A stretch of DNA of 64,000 bases, from assembly GCF_009914755.1 (NCBI RefSeq), contig NC_060932.1. One strand, given 5' to 3'. The DNA comes from the human T2T-CHM13v2.0 reference genome, Homo sapiens. The translations under genes were made by a program, and so were the position numbers. This document shows, piece by piece, positions 58,724 to 64,000 of the stretch (positions are counted from its first letter, which is position 1; the number at the start of each line of letters is the position of its first letter). The notes beneath the pieces were generated by a model that was given only the letters and a program-made list of their open reading frames with translations, was not told the origin of the DNA and ran no database searches.

Positions 58724-61322
58724 AAAATGTTGCAGGACTTTTCCTTAGTTCAGTTAAAGATGAGGTTCTTTGTCCCACAGCCACGAAAATTCAGGCTCGC
58801 AGACAATTTGAATGGTGAGTAAGACATGGTTTTATTGGGTGAAAAAGGAGTAAAAGGTGGAAACAGGGACTCTCGCTAGGCCAGAGTCCCTGCTAGAGTG
58901 CTTCCCACCTCACAGTTCAGATCCCAGCTTCCACACAGGATGAGGAGGGGACAGGCTCCTCCCTGCTGCAAATGTTGTGAACCTCTGTGTCTCCACCTCA
59001 GTGCTCAGGCTGGTTGAGGTTTCTCTAAGGATACCCTCCCACCTGGCTGTCTCAGATGCAGGAAGGTGAAGAATCAGGGCCATTAAGTCTATCATTCTAC
59101 CACCCACTAATGGTATTATCATGCAAGGCAACCAGGGATCTGTCAACGTGTACAGGGCAGCTGCTTGCATCAGCTCCCTCTCATTTTTAGTCTGGACTTG
59201 GATTTCCCTTCTGATGGTTTCTCTTCTTTTCCCACAGGTTATTTTCTCCTAAGCTTTGCATTCAAATGATGTCTTGTTCCATTTCAGCTAGAAGTATTAA
59301 ATATTTTGAAGAGTGAGTGTTTTCAGAATATCCAGCCCATAATATGAGGAGAAATAGCAGTGCAAAAATTATTAAAATTATTTATTAAGATAGCGTATAA
59401 TTTGCTTTTCTAGCCTATAGGACATGGCTACCTGGCTTTTGTGACTGGGCTTTTGTAGTCCATAAAATTTTTTCTATAATTGGTCTTATTTTCATTCAAC
59501 AGTGTAACAGTTACCCAAATAGTTGGAGTTGGGGTATTTGTGGATCAGGCAGAAACACAATAAGAGAAATATAAGAAAATAGAAGTTCATCAAGGAGGGG
59601 AGTGCAATTTTATAGTAGGAGATAATTTTAAGGAAGAGATTATGGGAATCAGCAAACAAAATGAACAGGGGGGAATGGAACAGATATGAGTCAGAATGAG
59701 AAAGCTGGCATTGAAACAATTGAATAGTGTATACGTGTTCAATATACTAAGTGCACATGATAAAAAGTAGTTTATTTTAATTAGCTAGATTATTGTAATC
59801 ATTTCATGCTATATATGTACATTTAAAAAATCACTTTGTACACCTTAAATATATACAATTTTTGTCAGTCATACGATTTTCAAAAAGTAGTTTAATTATT
59901 TGGGAAGCCTTTCTAAACAATGTAGGAATAGAACCTGAGTTCTGAGATCTGACCTCACTTATTTAGTTTTTTTTTTTGTCTTTTTCCTGTAATGCCTACA
60001 GCCCTCCCTTTTTTCCTTCTTTCTCCAGCTGCTCTATGTAAATTACATGCTATGAGATATAGAAGATAATTTCTCTTTTTTTTCTTTTTTTTTTTATAGA
60101 AGTTAATTTCTCATCTTCACCACTTAAGTGTGGGTAGATACAAATCAGCAAGATTGGCCTGTGTTTCATAAACTTTCCAACGTTAACCATCTTAAAGCAG
60201 TGTAAACCCAAATGATCTTATGTCCTTGCACTCCATTTATAATTGATATTGTGAAAAGTATATGCAAACAAAGTTGAAACTTAGTAACAAAACTCGAGAG
60301 CCACAATCATCTCATTAATATGTTCTGAGTAAAATAAAAGCAATTTTCTCCTTTTACATTATTCATATTACAGTTTTAATGTATTGACTAGTAAGATGCA
60401 GATGGTTCCAGGTTTTTCACTGAATGTAATATAAAGTTTTTGGGAAGAATGTATTCTGTTAAGTAAATATCATTAAAGATTAAAAATTCTTTGAATACTC
60501 TTTTCAACAGCTGATGTGATGTACTGGCCTTCAGCCAGTACACACAAATTGTACTATGTATGAATCAGTTCACACTAATTATTACAAAGAATAAGAGCTA
60601 GTGGGAAAAGAGCTAACAGTCCGCTTACATTACCATCTTTAATCCCTAACTTGAATTCAGTGTGTATATTGATGTGTATAGATCAATGTGCATAGATGTT
60701 TATTATCTATTCCAAACATCTAATGTGTTTGTGTAACAGAATTGTGTTCCAAAAACTTCCTTTTTTGAAATAGCAGGATCAAAATAATTTATCCAAACCT
60801 TAAGAGTTCATAAGAAATATTTCATTTAAAAAAATGACCATCTTGTAGACATTCTTCTTATATGGCTTAAAAAGCACATTAATCAGTGTTGTCTGGGAAT
60901 CATTTACATGATTTTGGTTAGACGTAGAGATACTTCGTAATTCACTGCATATGCACTGTTTTTCATTCTTGAGGATTTTAAAAATTCGTTCAACACATCT
61001 TTTCGTGTTTATTTTCATGAAATCAGAATTATGCTATTTATTATGAGGGGAGCAAAGGAGTTTAAGATATGATCTCAGCCTTCCATAAACATCCAGTTTT
61101 ATTAACAAGAGGAAATAGAGTCACATAACTTGGAGTATAATCAAGTGCTGTGCTGAGAACCAGTGGTCATAGTAGTTGAACTCTTGGAATAACCACTGAA
61201 AGCAGACTTCTTGGAGAGAGAGCCTAGGACAAGGTAACTACTTCCTGGATAGGTGAGCTTCTTGCTGATAAGCCATACTGCAGAAATTGGTAAGCTTTGA
61301 GAGAATTTTTGACTGGGAATGC

Positions 61323-61641
<319 letters not shown>

Positions 61642-62814
61642 TGCTTTTCTTATTAAAGTTACGCTGACTTGCTTAAGAACGTCAAAACCTAGGGACCTCT
61701 ATACTTGAAAGGGCAAAGGAACATGCATTTTTACATTACTAAAGAATAATTAGGATTTTAAAAGTTTATCTCTGAAATTTTAAATGTTTTTTTACCCATG
61801 TATTTAAAATATTTTCAAAATAATTTTTAATTCGTTTACATTTTTAAATTACTTTTGCCATGGATTGCTGTGTTATGTTATATGAAGTGTTTAGAACTGC
61901 TGTCTTCACTAAAACCCTTTCATAAAGATCTATGGAAGGATGTTTACTTAGCTTAATCAAATATAAATAATATAACCAAAACTCTGCTACTTTGATCTAC
62001 TATGTGTAAAAAGGCTATATTCAAAATTTTTCAGAAATATATACATTTTTAAAAGGAGAAAGTGCTCTTTGCTTCCATTTTTTCATCAACACTAGAATGG
62101 GAGGAATATAAAGAGCTTTGTGAATTTAGAAAAATATAGTAGAGCCCCATTTTTCACCTGTAAAATATTCACTTCCTAACTCCTCTGACTCTGTTTGCAG
62201 CTCTTAGTATTGCTTTGCTTGTCAGCTATTTCTCACTAAATTTCTACACCAGGTGGAGTTAAACATCCTGAATATCACACTGTTTATTCTCTCTCTGTGC
62301 TCTACTTTTCAATAGCAATACATCTACCATTGCATTTGATTTCCTAGTAAGCAACCAGGGAGTTAGTTCTGATTCTCTACTGCTCTCCACTTTCTGATTA
62401 TACCCAACTCTAAAACCTTTTTCACTCTTTGGCTTACAGTGCCTAAACTCATCTATTTCTGTTGTTCCAGTGGTCAATTTCTTTGTTCATTTCTTTGTTT
62501 CAAGTACCATCTACTTTGAGCCTATAGCTAGACAAATCTCCAAGCCCAATTCTGCCCCATATGTAAATGAGATTAATAACATTGAATTAATTATTCAACC
62601 TTTTAAATATAACATCTATAAAATGAAACTTTATAGGATGAAAATCTGCACTGTCAATTCCCTGTTCTGTTTCTCTGCCCTTATTGACTACCATGTATCT
62701 ATTCTTACTCAATTTGTCCATTCCACAGTGATACATCAAATATATAGAAATGACTTGAATACAGTTCACACTCTTAAATAATTGTATCTGGCTTATACAC
62801 AGAATTTTATGGTT

Positions 62815-62902
62815 TATCTGTATCCCAAACCTCAACATCACCCAATATACCCATGAAACAACCCTACATGTGCACCTCCTGAATCCAAATTTTAAAAAAG
62901 GA
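62815..62902 (+). mobile_element. Short L1PA15/16 3' end
   Basis: atctgtatcccaaacctcaacatcacccaatatacccatg...acatgtgcacctcctgaatc. Confidence 0.7.
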
Positions 62903-63317
62903 AGAAGGCACAATTTATACTGAAGTTTGGTCATGTCCCTTGGTGAGACTACCACTGCTGAATCCAGTCCATGTTGAGCTTCAGCTTCCTCTTCTCTGAA
63001 CTAGTATATTTAATTACAAAACACACATGTGGGGCCATTTATATATATATAAATTTGTATATAATCTTATTTTGTACTTTACATGTTTGTATCTCTTCCC
63101 TCAAAATAAACAGAATAGCAATGAAAAACCTTTAGAATATGGATCATAGACTTAATACATTTAATGTGCTTCCTCTGACCCTCCCTTTAGGGCCCTAAAT
63201 AACAGACAGCCTCTAGTATATCAAGCCAGAAAAAGACGCCAACTCTCCAAACTCATAGTCCAAGGTAGATTTTGTGAACATTCTGTTGTTGGCTTTTGAT
63301 TTAGCCTTAAAATTTGT

Positions 63318-63705
<388 letters not shown>

Positions 63706-64000
63706 TCATACATTGTACGATGATAAAATGTGCTTCAAAATGAAAAATTTATTGTAAAACTACGATCAAGCGTATTAAAGTAAGAATTAAAAGACACAGA
63801 TCTAAGGCTTAGCTTTCCCATTTAATAGAAGTGACTGTTCGAAGTATCAGATTCTTTAGCTTCCTTTGGTCTTTATGTATGAGACCTTGACATTTAAAGT
63901 AATAGTGCTCATTGTCAACTTAATTGTAAACATAAACACAAACTTGGGCACTTACATCATGCAACTCTACTTTCTGGTCAGTCAGGAGATGCAGAACACA

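Larger units (their letters stand above)
53501..59054 (-). mobile_element. ERV1 provirus, MER61-like (5' LTR 58728-59054; truncated 3' LTR 53501-53781; internal region without recognisable long ORFs)
   Basis: Two homologous LTRs; primer-binding site next to the 5' LTR; polypurine tract next to the 3' LTR. Confidence 0.85.

Overview
This is AT-rich, repeat-dense human intronic DNA; a young AluYb8 copy points to human origin. Two coding exons on the + strand (13396-13524, 129 nt; 32730-32758, a 29-nt microexon) splice in frame to ...[52 protein letters not shown]..., which I recognise from memory as C8orf34 (VEST-1). Everything else is intron. It holds a full-length but inactivated L1PA3/PA4, a complete THE1A provirus, a rearranged THE1D, a MER61-type ERV1 provirus with a nested LTR10, several solo LTRs, about 14 Alus, DNA-transposon fossils and a processed RFPL4A-family pseudogene. 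I found no evidence of a wholly new biological system. The best leads are the frameshifting microexon that begins with GT, the RFPL4 retrocopy alongside LTRs with DUX4-type motifs, the AP-1 cluster in LTR10, the AluYb8 and the inverted-Alu pair it creates, an extended open L1 ORF0, and several template-switch scars. Repeat subfamily names and gene identities come from remembered sequences and need confirmation with RepeatMasker/Dfam and BLAT.
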